In this document: positions 8,935 through 18,700 of the stretch, piece after piece | How positions within the stretch are numbered: the stretch's first letter is position 1 | Layout of the letters: each line of letters opens with the position of its first letter | Source of the DNA: Oscillospiraceae bacterium | Lineage (GTDB): Bacteria; Bacillota; Clostridia; Oscillospirales; Oscillospiraceae | Reading direction: 5' to 3' | NCBI GenBank assembly: GCA_017617795.1 | Contig: JAFZVM010000075.1 | Span: 3,727 to 67,726, forward strand | Length of the DNA: 64,000 bases | Translations under genes and position numbers: made by a program | The notes under the pieces: generated by a model | The model's database searches: none | Told to the model about the DNA's origin: nothing | What the model saw: only the letters and a program-made list of their open reading frames with translations

Positions 8935-10863
8935 ATGAACACTCAGTTCCCCCATTTGTTCACTCCCCTCCGCGTGAAAAACATTCTCCTGAAAAACCGG
9001 ATCATGTCGGCGCCGAATATGCTGTTTCAAACGGTAGACGGCCGTCCGACCGAGTATTATGCGCCGTATCTGGAGCACAAGGCCCGGGGCGGCGCGGCGA
9101 TCGTGAACCTGGGCGAGGTTTCGGTCGGCGACGGCGGAAACCACGTTCCGGAGATGATGAAGACCCACGATAACCTGCCGCTTTTCGCCGAGCTCTCCGC
9201 CGCGATCCACGAGCACGGAGCCCTGGCCAGCGCAGAGCTGACCCACGGCGGGATCAAGACCAAGCCGGAATACAACCACCGTCGGGCGATGGGCCCGGTG
9301 GAGGCTCCGACGATGAATCCGGGCGTGACCTCCCTGGCCATGACCCGGGAAATGATGAAGGAAGTATGCCGCCAATACGCCGATACGGCGGAATACGTCT
9401 ATTTGGCCGGCTTTGACGCCATCCTCCTGCATTTCGGCCATGGCTGGCTCCCCGCCCAGTTCCTCTCCCCCATTGTGAACACCCGAACGGATGAGTTCGG
9501 CGGCAGCCTGGAAAACCGCATGCGCTTCCCCCTGATGATCCTGAAGGCGATCCGGGATCGGGTCGGCCCCGATCGTCTGGTCATGGCCAGGATCAGCGGA
9601 TCGGAGCGTGTGGAGGGCGGCTTCACGGTGGAGGATATGATCTGCTTCCTGGAAAAAGCCCAGGAGTACATCGACCTGGTGGAGGTCAGCGTGGAAGGCC
9701 TGCAGAACAACATGACGGCGACCTTCCGCCCCCTGGGGATCAACACCGATCTTTCGGAGGCCATCAAACGCTCCGGTCGGGTGAGCATCCCAGTCTATAC
9801 GGTCGGCGCGGTGCTCTACCCCGAGCAGGCGGAGGAGATCATCGCCTCCGGTAAGGCGGACGGCGTCTCCATGTCCCGCGCCCTCATCGCAGATCCCTAT
9901 TTCCCGGAAAAAGCCTTTGCCGGGAAGGCGGACGACATCACTCCCTGTATCCGCTGCCTGGGCTGCTGCGACAGCGATAATCTGATTCGACATTTTACCT
10001 GCAGCGTGAACCCGCTCATCGGGCGGGAGGCGCGCCTCGGCTTCGGAGAAGATATCGGCAAGGCAAAATTCCGGAAGAGAGTCCTGGTGATCGGCGGCGG
10101 CCCCTCGGGGATGACCGCTGCGATCACGGCGTATCGCCGGGGCCACGATGTGATTCTCTGGGAACAATCCGATAAGCTCGGCGGCCTGCTCAACTTCACC
10201 GATACGGACAGCATCAAGCATGATCTTCGCCGCTATAAGAACTTTCTGATTGCACAGACGGAGAAATCCGGCATCAAAGTTGTTCTGAACAAGACGGCGA
10301 CCGCCGCGGAAGTCGCCGCCCTGGCGCCGGACGACGTGGTGCTGGCCACGGGCAGCGATCCCATCGAGCCCAGGTTCATTCCCGGCTGGGAAAACGCCCG
10401 CCATGCGCTGGCGGTCTATCGCGACCCGGCTTCCGTCGGGGATAATATCGTGATCATCGGCGGCGGCCTGGTGGGAGTTGAAACAGGGCTCCATCTCCGC
10501 ACCCTGGGGAAAAAGGTCACCGTTCTGGAGATGGAGAAGGAATACGCCCGGGACGGCGGCTTCGGCTACAAATTCGGTCTCATGTACACCGTAAGAGAAA
10601 AGCAGCTGAACGTGATCACCGGCGCACGCTGCCAGGAGATCCGCAAGGACGCCGTCGTCTACGAAAAGGACGGCAGGAATGAGACTCTGCCCTGCGATTG
10701 TGTGTATTATGCCGTGGGCATGCGCAGCGAAGACAGTCTGTATACGGAGCTTGCGGCTCTCGGGATCCGCATCACCGCGGTGGGAGACTGCAGGAAACCG
10801 GGCAAGGTCGCCGGCGCGGTCCACAGCGGTTACTTTGCCGCCATGGATATCGGCAAATTCTGA
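8935..10863 (+). CDS. Enoate reductase / 2,4-dienoyl-CoA reductase-like flavoenzyme (OYE-type TIM barrel + 4Fe-4S + FAD/NAD(P) domain)
   Basis: The conserved part starts at MNTQFPHLFTPLRVKN (ATG 8935, preceded by GAAGGA). OYE block is HFGHGWLPAQFLSP..NTRTDEFGGSLENRMRF. Cys cluster is CIRCLGCC...C. Rossmann motif is VLVIGGGPSGMTAA, with a second one, IVIIGGGLVGVE. Confidence 0.85.
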   Translation: MNTQFPHLFTPLRVKNILLKNRIMSAPNMLFQTVDGRPTEYYAPYLEHKARGGAAIVNLGEVSVGDGGNHVPEMMKTHDNLPLFAELSAAIHEHGALASAELTHGGIKTKPEYNHRRAMGPVEAPTMNPGVTSLAMTREMMKEVCRQYADTAEYVYLAGFDAILLHFGHGWLPAQFLSPIVNTRTDEFGGSLENRMRFPLMILKAIRDRVGPDRLVMARISGSERVEGGFTVEDMICFLEKAQEYIDLVEVSVEGLQNNMTATFRPLGINTDLSEAIKRSGRVSIPVYTVGAVLYPEQAEEIIASGKADGVSMSRALIADPYFPEKAFAGKADDITPCIRCLGCCDSDNLIRHFTCSVNPLIGREARLGFGEDIGKAKFRKRVLVIGGGPSGMTAAITAYRRGHDVILWEQSDKLGGLLNFTDTDSIKHDLRRYKNFLIAQTEKSGIKVVLNKTATAAEVAALAPDDVVLATGSDPIEPRFIPGWENARHALAVYRDPASVGDNIVIIGGGLVGVETGLHLRTLGKKVTVLEMEKEYARDGGFGYKFGLMYTVREKQLNVITGARCQEIRKDAVVYEKDGRNETLPCDCVYYAVGMRSEDSLYTELAALGIRITAVGDCRKPGKVAGAVHSGYFAAMDIGKF

Positions 10864-10945
10864 GCCTGAGGGAATTGCAATCCCCTCCCGCTTCTGGTAT
10901 AGTAAAAGCAGTTAGTTTGCGATTAATCCAAAAGGAGTGAGCGAA

Positions 10946-12055
10946 ATGGGCAAATACGACGATCTGATCTTTACCATCCCGCAGGAGCACCATTCCTGGT
11001 ACGGCTTTGTTGCCCCCAGAGGCTTTTTCCGTGGTACCACCATGATGGAAAAGGCCAAGGTCTATATGGACTGGACTGCCGTCAACAAGCCGCTTCCCAT
11101 GGAAGTGCCCCATACCCACCACTGCGCCGATGAATACCTTGTCTTCACCAATGCGGACATGAAGAATTTCTTCGAGTTCGACGCGGAGATCGACGTCTGG
11201 ATCGGCGAGGATCCCGAGAATCTGGAGATGTATACCATCACCCAGCCCACCATCATCCGGGTACCCCCGAAGATGTACCACTGCCCGGTGAACTTCCGGA
11301 AAATCAATATGGAAAAACCCATCGTCTTCTCCGCCGTATATCTGGACGGGGATTGGTCCAAGATCAATCGCCGGGTCAACGCGGAGGGGCGGGAGGAGTT
11401 TTCCTATGACGGCGCGGGGATCCGCCGCTGCGTCATGGACCGCTCCAAGGAATGCATCTACTGCGGCAAGTGCTTCTCCAAGGCCATGAAGGCCGCGGAG
11501 GAAAAGGGCGAAACGAAGCAGAATCAGCCCGCCAAGCATCAGATGGATATGCTGGCCCCCTATTATGAGATGGCGAAGAAGCCCCATACCGGCAAATATG
11601 ACAAGTACGTCTATCCGTACAAGCCGGACGTCCATACGGACAGCCGCTTCGTCAGCCCCCGGGGCGGATTCAAGGGCGTTGAGGAGATGGAAGGCAGCCG
11701 CCTCTGGTACCTCTACAACATCGTCCAGCAGGAGTGCACCATCGGCGAGACCCATATGCACCACGCTGTGGAGGAATACCTGTTCTTCACCGGGGCGGAC
11801 ATCTCCAAGTTCTTCGAGTTCGACGCGGAGATCGAGATCTCCCTGGGGCCCGATCCGGAGCACCTGGAAACCTACACCATCACCGAACCCACGGTGGTGC
11901 GCATCCCCGCCGGCCTCTGGCATGGCCCGGTCGTCATCAAGCGTCTCGGCGCGCCTATCAACTTTGAGCCCTTCTATCCCACGGGGAGCTACGGCAAGGT
12001 CGTCTATGAAAACGGCCAGTACATCTACAAAGGCCGCGACCTTCCCAAGCCTTGA
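10946..12055 (+). CDS. Bicupin protein (two homologous cupin domains joined by a Cys-rich linker), function unknown
   Basis: AAAGGAG lies 8 nt before the ATG at 10946. The two halves are clearly homologous: PHTHHCADEYLVFTNAD..FFEFDAEI..YTITQPTIIRVPPKMYHCP versus ETHMHHAVEEYLFFTGAD..FFEFDAEI..YTITEPTVVRIPAGLWHGP. The linker contains CVMDRSKECIYCGKC. Confidence 0.7.
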   Translation: MGKYDDLIFTIPQEHHSWYGFVAPRGFFRGTTMMEKAKVYMDWTAVNKPLPMEVPHTHHCADEYLVFTNADMKNFFEFDAEIDVWIGEDPENLEMYTITQPTIIRVPPKMYHCPVNFRKINMEKPIVFSAVYLDGDWSKINRRVNAEGREEFSYDGAGIRRCVMDRSKECIYCGKCFSKAMKAAEEKGETKQNQPAKHQMDMLAPYYEMAKKPHTGKYDKYVYPYKPDVHTDSRFVSPRGGFKGVEEMEGSRLWYLYNIVQQECTIGETHMHHAVEEYLFFTGADISKFFEFDAEIEISLGPDPEHLETYTITEPTVVRIPAGLWHGPVVIKRLGAPINFEPFYPTGSYGKVVYENGQYIYKGRDLPKP

Positions 12056-12070
12056 ACCCAAGCACGTTTT

Positions 12071-12109
12071 TCCGGCGGAACAGCTTTTTCTGTTCCGCCG
12101 GATTCTTTT
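12071..12109 (+). terminator. Rho-independent terminator after the reductase-bicupin pair
   Basis: Stem tccggcggaacag / ctgttccgccgga followed by ttctttt. Confidence 0.8.
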
Positions 12110-12207
12110 GTACGGCCATAATGGTTTACTTTTCCCCTCTTTCTTGATATACTTCATTCATCTAATCAGTACGATCAGACCGCACAAAAAGGAAGTATGT
12201 TTCCGCC

Positions 12208-13644
12208 ATGAACATCCGAATGATCGCGCAGATCCTGGGCAAGGTGCTGTTTACCATTGCCCTGCTTCTGTTGCTTCCCGCCGTCGTCGCCCTGCTCTAC
12301 CGGGAATCTCCCTTTCCCTTTCTGATCACGGTGGTGATCTCCGCAGCGCTGGGGGGCCTGCTCAGCCTTCTGAAACCGCGGAACACCAAGATCTATGCCC
12401 GGGAGGGGTTCGTCTGCGTCGGGCTCTCCTGGCTGTGCATCTCCATGCTCGGCGCCCTGCCCTTCGTCTTTTCCGGGGATATCCCATATTACATAGACGC
12501 TTTGTTTGAAACGGCTTCCGGCTTTACCACCACCGGAGCCAGTATCCTTCCGAACGTGGAAGCCCTGACCATGGGCGGTCTGTTCTGGCGCAGCTTTACC
12601 CATTGGATCGGCGGCATGGGCGTTCTGGTGTTTATCATGGCGGTCATGCCCATGTCCGGCAGCCGTTCCATGCACATCATGCGGGCGGAAGTCCCCGGCC
12701 CCACCGTGGGCAAGCTGGTCCCCAGTGCCAGGAAAACCGCCGGGATTCTGTACCTGATCTATATCCTGCTCACCCTGCTGGAGGTCATCCTGCTCCTCTG
12801 CGGGGGCATGAACCTGTATGACGCGCTGATCCACTCCTTTGGAACGGCCGGCACCGGCGGTTTCTCCAACCGGGCTGCCAGCATCGGGTTTTACAGCCCT
12901 TATAACCAGGTCGTCATCACCGTGTTTATGTTCCTATTCGGTGTAAACTTCAACCTGTATTTTCTCATTCTCGTGGGCAAGGTGAAGGAGGCGCTGAAAA
13001 GCGAGGAGCTCCATGTTTATCTCTCTCTCGCCGCTCTGGCGATCATCGCCATCACCCTGAACGTCCTGCCCCTTTACCGCGGCTTCGGAGAAAGTCTGCG
13101 GTATTCCGCCTTCCAGGTGGGCAGCATCATGAGCACCACCGGGTACTCCACTGCGGATTTTAACGTCTGGCCGGAATTCTCCAAGTGGATCCTGGTCCTC
13201 CTCATGTTTACCGGCGGCTGCGCCGGCTCCACCTGCGGCGGTATGAAGGTTTCCCGCATCATGATCTTATTCAAGGGGATCCGGCAGGAGCTTTGGCGGC
13301 AGCAGCATCCCCACGGAGTAAGCGTCGTCCGGCTGGAGGATAAACCGGTGACCGAAAGCACCCTTCATACCACTCTGGTGTTTTCCGTCTGCTACATTGG
13401 CATCCTGCTTCTGGGTACCCTGTGCCTCTCCCTGGACGGATTTGACCTTACCACAAACTTCACCGGGACCCTGGCCTGCATCTCCAATATCGGACCCGGG
13501 CTCAGCGTGGTCGGCCCTGCGGGGAACTATGCGCTCTTCTCCGGCTGGAACAAGCTGCTCCTTTCCCTCATCATGATCCTGGGCAGATTGGAGATCTTCC
13601 CCCTGCTGCTTCTCTTCTCTCCCTCGGTCTGGAGGAAACAATGA
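12208..13644 (+). CDS. trkH: TrkH-type potassium transporter membrane subunit
   Basis: 478-aa polytopic membrane protein. It has repeated pore-loop signatures (TTTGAS, TAGTGGF, STTGYS, GSTCGG) typical of Trk/Ktr/HKT transporters. Confidence 0.85.
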   Translation: MNIRMIAQILGKVLFTIALLLLLPAVVALLYRESPFPFLITVVISAALGGLLSLLKPRNTKIYAREGFVCVGLSWLCISMLGALPFVFSGDIPYYIDALFETASGFTTTGASILPNVEALTMGGLFWRSFTHWIGGMGVLVFIMAVMPMSGSRSMHIMRAEVPGPTVGKLVPSARKTAGILYLIYILLTLLEVILLLCGGMNLYDALIHSFGTAGTGGFSNRAASIGFYSPYNQVVITVFMFLFGVNFNLYFLILVGKVKEALKSEELHVYLSLAALAIIAITLNVLPLYRGFGESLRYSAFQVGSIMSTTGYSTADFNVWPEFSKWILVLLMFTGGCAGSTCGGMKVSRIMILFKGIRQELWRQQHPHGVSVVRLEDKPVTESTLHTTLVFSVCYIGILLLGTLCLSLDGFDLTTNFTGTLACISNIGPGLSVVGPAGNYALFSGWNKLLLSLIMILGRLEIFPLLLLFSPSVWRKQ

Positions 13645-14936
13645 AACGTCTGCGCAAACACCTGACGCCGGGCAGGACCATTGCCCTGGGCTTTCTGGCT
13701 TTGATCCTCCTGGGCGCTCTGCTGCTGAGCCTTCCCGCGGCAAGGACGGAGAGCATGGTCTCCAGTCCGCTGGATTCCCTGTTCACATCCGCCAGCGCCG
13801 CCTGCGTCACCGGATTGGTGGTGACGGATACCGGTGCTTCCTGGACGGTTTTCGGCAAGATCGTCATCCTGATTCTCATCCAGATCGGCGGCCTGGGGGT
13901 GGCGGCCCTGGGCGTTTCCGTCACCTTGCTGGCCGGCGGCGGGCTTCGCCTACGGGACCGGCAGATGCTGAAGGAGAGCTGGAACATCACCAGCTATCGG
14001 GATGTATCCGGTCTGCTGGGTCGTGTCCTGCTCATCACGCTGGTTTTCGAGCTGGCGGGAAGCCTGCTCGTCTGGCCGGTATTTGCCCGGGATTTCGGCA
14101 CAGGTCCGGGATTGGGCATGGCGGTGTTTCATGCCATTTCCACCTTCAATAACGCCGGATTTGATATCCTGGGCGGTACGGACAGCCTGATCCGGTACGG
14201 GGATCAGATATGGATAAATCTGGTCACCGCCCTGCTCATCATCGGCGGCGGTCTGGGTTATCTGGCCATTCTGGATCTGTACCGCTTCCGCAAAAGGCGC
14301 ATCCTGAGCCTGCAGACCAAAGTGGTCCTGGTCATGACCGGGATTCTGATCGTCGGAGGGACCCTGCTGCTGCGTCTGGCGCAGCCGATCAGCTGGATGG
14401 GTGCCTTTTTCCAGAGCGTCTCCGCCCGCACTGCAGGCTTCGCCACCTGGGATCTGAGCGGATTCCGACCCGCCGCCCTGCTGGTCATGTGCCTTCTGAT
14501 GTTCGTGGGCGCCTCCCCCGGCTCCACCGGCGGCGGCGTCAAAACCACCACCATCTTCGCGCTTTTCCTTTCTGCCCGGTCCACCGCAACGGGGAAAACA
14601 CCCCAGGCTTTTCGCAGGCGCGTCCCGGATGCAGTCATAAGCAAAGCCTTCACCGTGGTTCTGATTGGCGGCTCATTCCTCATCTTTGCCACCCTCATGC
14701 TTTGTCTTTGCGAACCGGGACGGGATTTCATGTCACTCCTCTTTGAGACCGTTTCTGCCTGCTGCACAGTGGGTCTGAGCATCGTTCCCACGCCGGAGCT
14801 GGGTGCCGGAGCCAGGGCCGTTCTGATCGTCTGTATGTTTGTGGGCCGCCTGGGCCCGCTCACCATTGCAACGCTGTGGCGCTACTCTGCGCAGAACGAG
14901 TGGTCCTACAGTCAGGAGGGATTCACCATAGGATGA
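13641..14936 (+). CDS. ktrB: KtrB-type potassium transporter membrane subunit (second Trk/Ktr paralog)
   Basis: 431 aa. The start overlaps the trkH stop (ATGA). The N-terminus TPGRTIALGFLALILLGALLLSLP and the pore loops (TGLVV, NAGFD, RTAGF, STGGGVKTTT) are typical of KtrB. Confidence 0.85.
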   Translation: MKRLRKHLTPGRTIALGFLALILLGALLLSLPAARTESMVSSPLDSLFTSASAACVTGLVVTDTGASWTVFGKIVILILIQIGGLGVAALGVSVTLLAGGGLRLRDRQMLKESWNITSYRDVSGLLGRVLLITLVFELAGSLLVWPVFARDFGTGPGLGMAVFHAISTFNNAGFDILGGTDSLIRYGDQIWINLVTALLIIGGGLGYLAILDLYRFRKRRILSLQTKVVLVMTGILIVGGTLLLRLAQPISWMGAFFQSVSARTAGFATWDLSGFRPAALLVMCLLMFVGASPGSTGGGVKTTTIFALFLSARSTATGKTPQAFRRRVPDAVISKAFTVVLIGGSFLIFATLMLCLCEPGRDFMSLLFETVSACCTVGLSIVPTPELGAGARAVLIVCMFVGRLGPLTIATLWRYSAQNEWSYSQEGFTIG

Positions 14937-15604
14937 AAAAGATCACGAAGGAAAAAGGCACGTTCGGCGTCATCGGCCTCGGGCGTTTCGGCAGCGCCCT
15001 GGCCCAGGGTCTGGCCGCCTCCGGCGCCGAGGTTATCGTGGCGGACCAGGTGGAAAGCAAGGTCAACGAGGCCAGGTCTTACACCGAATACGCCTATGTC
15101 ATCCACAATCTGTCCAAACAGAATCTGGAGGACGTGGGCTTCGGCACCTGCGACGCCGTCATCATCTGCATCGGCGCGCTGGACGTCAGTCTGCTCACCG
15201 CTATGAATCTGCTGGCCTTGGGCGTGAAACGGGTCATGGCCAAGGCCGTCAGCCGGGAACATGGACAGTTGCTGGAGAAGATCGGCGCGGAAATGGTCTT
15301 CCCGGAGCGGGATATGGGCGCCAGGCTCGCCCAGCGGCTCACGGGCAGTTCGCTCATGGATTACATCCGCCTGAATAACGAGATGGATATTGCGGAGTGT
15401 CCCGTTCCCCGGAAGCTGGTGGGCGTCCGCATCACCGACAGCAATCTGCGGCAGAAATACGGCATCAACGTGATCGCCATCCAGAGCGGGAACAAGATCA
15501 CCACCCACATCGAGCCGGGCTATCCCTTCAAAGGAACGGACAGTTTGGTGATCCTGGGCAGAAGCGAGGATATCCTCCGCTTCCATGCCGATCTGGACGA
15601 TTAA
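14933..15604 (+). CDS. ktrA: KtrA/TrkA RCK-domain regulatory subunit
   Basis: ATG 14933 overlaps the ktrB stop (ATGA). Rossmann motif is GVIGLGRFGSALAQGL. An RCK_C-like C-terminal half is present. Confidence 0.85.
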   Translation: MKKITKEKGTFGVIGLGRFGSALAQGLAASGAEVIVADQVESKVNEARSYTEYAYVIHNLSKQNLEDVGFGTCDAVIICIGALDVSLLTAMNLLALGVKRVMAKAVSREHGQLLEKIGAEMVFPERDMGARLAQRLTGSSLMDYIRLNNEMDIAECPVPRKLVGVRITDSNLRQKYGINVIAIQSGNKITTHIEPGYPFKGTDSLVILGRSEDILRFHADLDD

Positions 15605-15617
15605 GCGGAAGTTATAC

Positions 15618-15664
15618 AAAGCACCAGCCTAGTCCCTATGGACGGCTGGTGCTTTTTGTTTTGT
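15618..15664 (+). terminator. Rho-independent terminator between the convergent ktrA and M56 protease genes
   Basis: Stem aaagcaccagcc / ggctggtgcttt followed by ttgttttg. Confidence 0.75.
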
Positions 15665-15710
15665 CTGGCTGATTTGTTCTTGAAAGATCGAAAGGTATAA
15701 AAGCCTCCCG

Positions 15711-18700
15711 TCACCGGGATCTGATTTCCACAACGATCTCCCTGTGTTCTACGCCCATGATCACATAGCCGTCCTTTTCTTCCGCGCCGCAATCGACTCC
15801 AAAGGCCAGGGAAGGTATCGGAGCGCTGCTGTCCCAGGGACAGGAAGCCTCGATGACCACCGTGCCTGTTCCTCCTCCGCCGGGTGTTTTGCTCCGATCC
15901 CGTCCGATCTCGATCATTGTGGTATACTTTTCGTTTTCAGCTTCCGTGGTCCACACGTTCACCGGGGGATCTTCGGCAGCCGCGCCGTCTTTTTCCGGAT
16001 AGGAACAGGACACGCTCTCCAGCCTGCATCCCGCAGGAAGATAGAACGCGACCCCGCCCCAGTCCTCCGGCCCGATCGTCAGATCCGCAAGGATCCGAAT
16101 ACCCAGGACGCCTTGTTCTTTCACAAAGATCTCTATTGTCCCGCTTGCCGCTGTTTTGTTTTTGTCTGCTTTGATATCAAACCAGCTGTATCCCAAGCTG
16201 TCAATCAGTTCTGTCTGCGCTTCATGATCCCGGTCAACGGTCATTGTCTGCACAAAGCGGATCGCAGTTTCTTCCGAAAAGGTTTTCGATGCCAGGGAGA
16301 CTTGATAATACGTATCGACGCCTTCTTTCACAAACCAAAATGTCCAATACTCGCTGGTCAGGTCGATCGCTCCTGAATTGATCCCTTTCTTCTCCAGCTC
16401 TGCAATCTCTGCAGGGGTATACAGATCGTGCGTTTCTTTCAGCCGAATGACTTGCCACCCGTTCCGATTTTGTGCGGATGGTTCAATTCCGAGGAATTCT
16501 GTAACGGTATGATTCTGTATGGGAAGGCCGTTCCATTCCGGTATCCCGTTCTGAAATGTCAAGTGTGAATTCTGTGCGGATATTCGCGTCACCAAGCCGG
16601 AGTATCTCCACTCTATCGGTGCAGTGCCCACGTTATTTTCACGGACATAGACTTCCGGAAGAATCAGGAAGCCGCCCTCCCAGCCGTAATTCCCATATTG
16701 AGAGAACACATAGCCCTCCGGGATCATGGCAAACCAATTGGATATAGTCTCCCCCGCTCCGCCGGAGATATCGAATTCCGTGTAGACCCGATAGGAATCC
16801 GGGCTGCCGTCATCATGGGAATTGAGGATCCCTTTGCTGATCCGGTAATGCCCGTCCGCCAGCGGCCCGATGAAATTCGTCCAATCAGCTTCCAGCGTCG
16901 TCGTTCCGTGCTGGTTGATCGAATATCCAATCGCATACCAGATACGCTCGCTCTGACCGGGCAGTTCGCTCCATGTGCCGTCTCCGGCCATCGTTTCCAG
17001 AAGGTATTCGGCTCCGGTTACAAGATCACCAGTGAAATTGCCTCCGGACTGGGTGATCACCAGGGTGCAGCCCGTTGGGGTAACGTTCTCTGCACGCATG
17101 GTCAGGCCCAGGGGATCCTCCGACTGTCCGCCCGGGATCTCAAATTCTGCGCAGATCGAGTATTCATCGAAATCACCCGTGCCCCGGGAATCAAGGACTT
17201 TCTTTTCGATCCGGTATCGCCCGGCCTCCAGCGTAAAGGCGCCGCCCCAGTAGGTTTCCAGCTCTGTGGAGCCGTCGGCAGCGACGGGTAATGCACTCCC
17301 AATCCAGCCGACATTCATATCAGCGAAAAGGTCCTTCCAGCCGCCGTCCGCATCCCGCTTGAAAAGCCTGAATTCTTCTCCTGTCACCAATTCCCCGGTC
17401 ACATTGCCGCCGGACTGGGTGAACACAAGGGTGCAGCCCGTAGGGGTGACGTTCTCCGCTCGCAGGGTCAGACCCAGGGGATCCTCCGTCTGCCTGAAGG
17501 GGCTTTCCTCCCACAGGGCATCCAGCCAGGCGTAGAGGGCTTCGTTATGGATCTCCCATGCCGGAGCGGCGGGAGAGGACAAAGGCAAGGGTCTCTCGCA
17601 GTCCAGCTCGATCACGCCCCCGGCAAAGCGCAGAGCATAGCCGGTGTCCCGCAGCTCCAGCACCCGCTCGGAAGGGATCCCCCGTCCCTCAGCGATCTGA
17701 TCCTTCGGAACAGCTTTCAGCAGCGCCGTCAGCTCCGAGATTTGAAACTGGGACAGCAGCAGCTCCGTCGGGGCCGAAGCCGACCGCAGGGCGGCTTCCC
17801 GGATATCCGGGGCATTGAGGGTGCTGGTCCAGTACCAGGGCGTATCCGCCTTCACCGCGCCGGTCAGCAGGATGTAAACAGAGGTATAATCGTCCGTCTC
17901 CCTCAGCGTAACGCCGAGAGCGCCGTTCGGGAAATTCCATCCCGCCGACAAGTCAAACGCTGCATCCGGTTCTCCCAGCTGACGCTCCAGAGCTTCCTTT
18001 ACGCGGGCATATACCGCCTTACCGTCTTCCGCACTGGTGTAAACTGCCGCACCGTCTTCCGGGGGCCAGAATGTCAGGACGATGCGCTGCAGAAGGTCCG
18101 CATAGGTCCCGGCGTACCCGAAGGTCATGCGGAAGGGTTCTCCGGCAAACACGCCGGACAGGCGAACAAATCCCCCTGAACCGTCCCCCAGCTGGATCCC
18201 CGGATCATTCTCCGCATGGAAGACCATGTCTTCAGAACCTTTTGGCAAAGTATTATACAGGGCCATAAGGGCGGAGTCCTTGTCCATACCGATGGTCAGC
18301 GACGCCTGTCCGGAGAACAGGCGATCGTCCGGACTCAGGGTATTCTCCTCTTCGCGGTATTCAAAGCCCGTCAAGGCCAGTTCCTCCAGGATCTCCCCGA
18401 AGCTTCTGCTGCCCTCCGCTCCCCGGAGGGAGATCGTATCATCCTCCCGGAAAAAACACACTGTGTCCCCCGCTGTCACCGGCATATCGGTCTCATTCGG
18501 CTTCTTTGGGTCGGCGGTGCAGGCGGCCACAGCGGCAATGCAGAGAACGATCGCCGTCAGGGTGATCCAGAGCTTCGGTTTCTTCCAGCGCAGGGCGTTC
18601 TTGATGCGGCTCTTCACATCGGATTCTCCGAAGCCCAGAGGCGCGGGAGCGGGAAACTGTCTTCCCTCTGCAAAGCGCAGGAGGGTACGGCTGTACGCCT

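Noticed and set aside
12056-12207. Possible c-di-AMP (ydaO/kimA-type) riboswitch upstream of the potassium transporter operon.
   Set aside because: The region is only ~150 nt. Most of it is the upstream terminator, and I could not find the conserved ydaO-type core elements.
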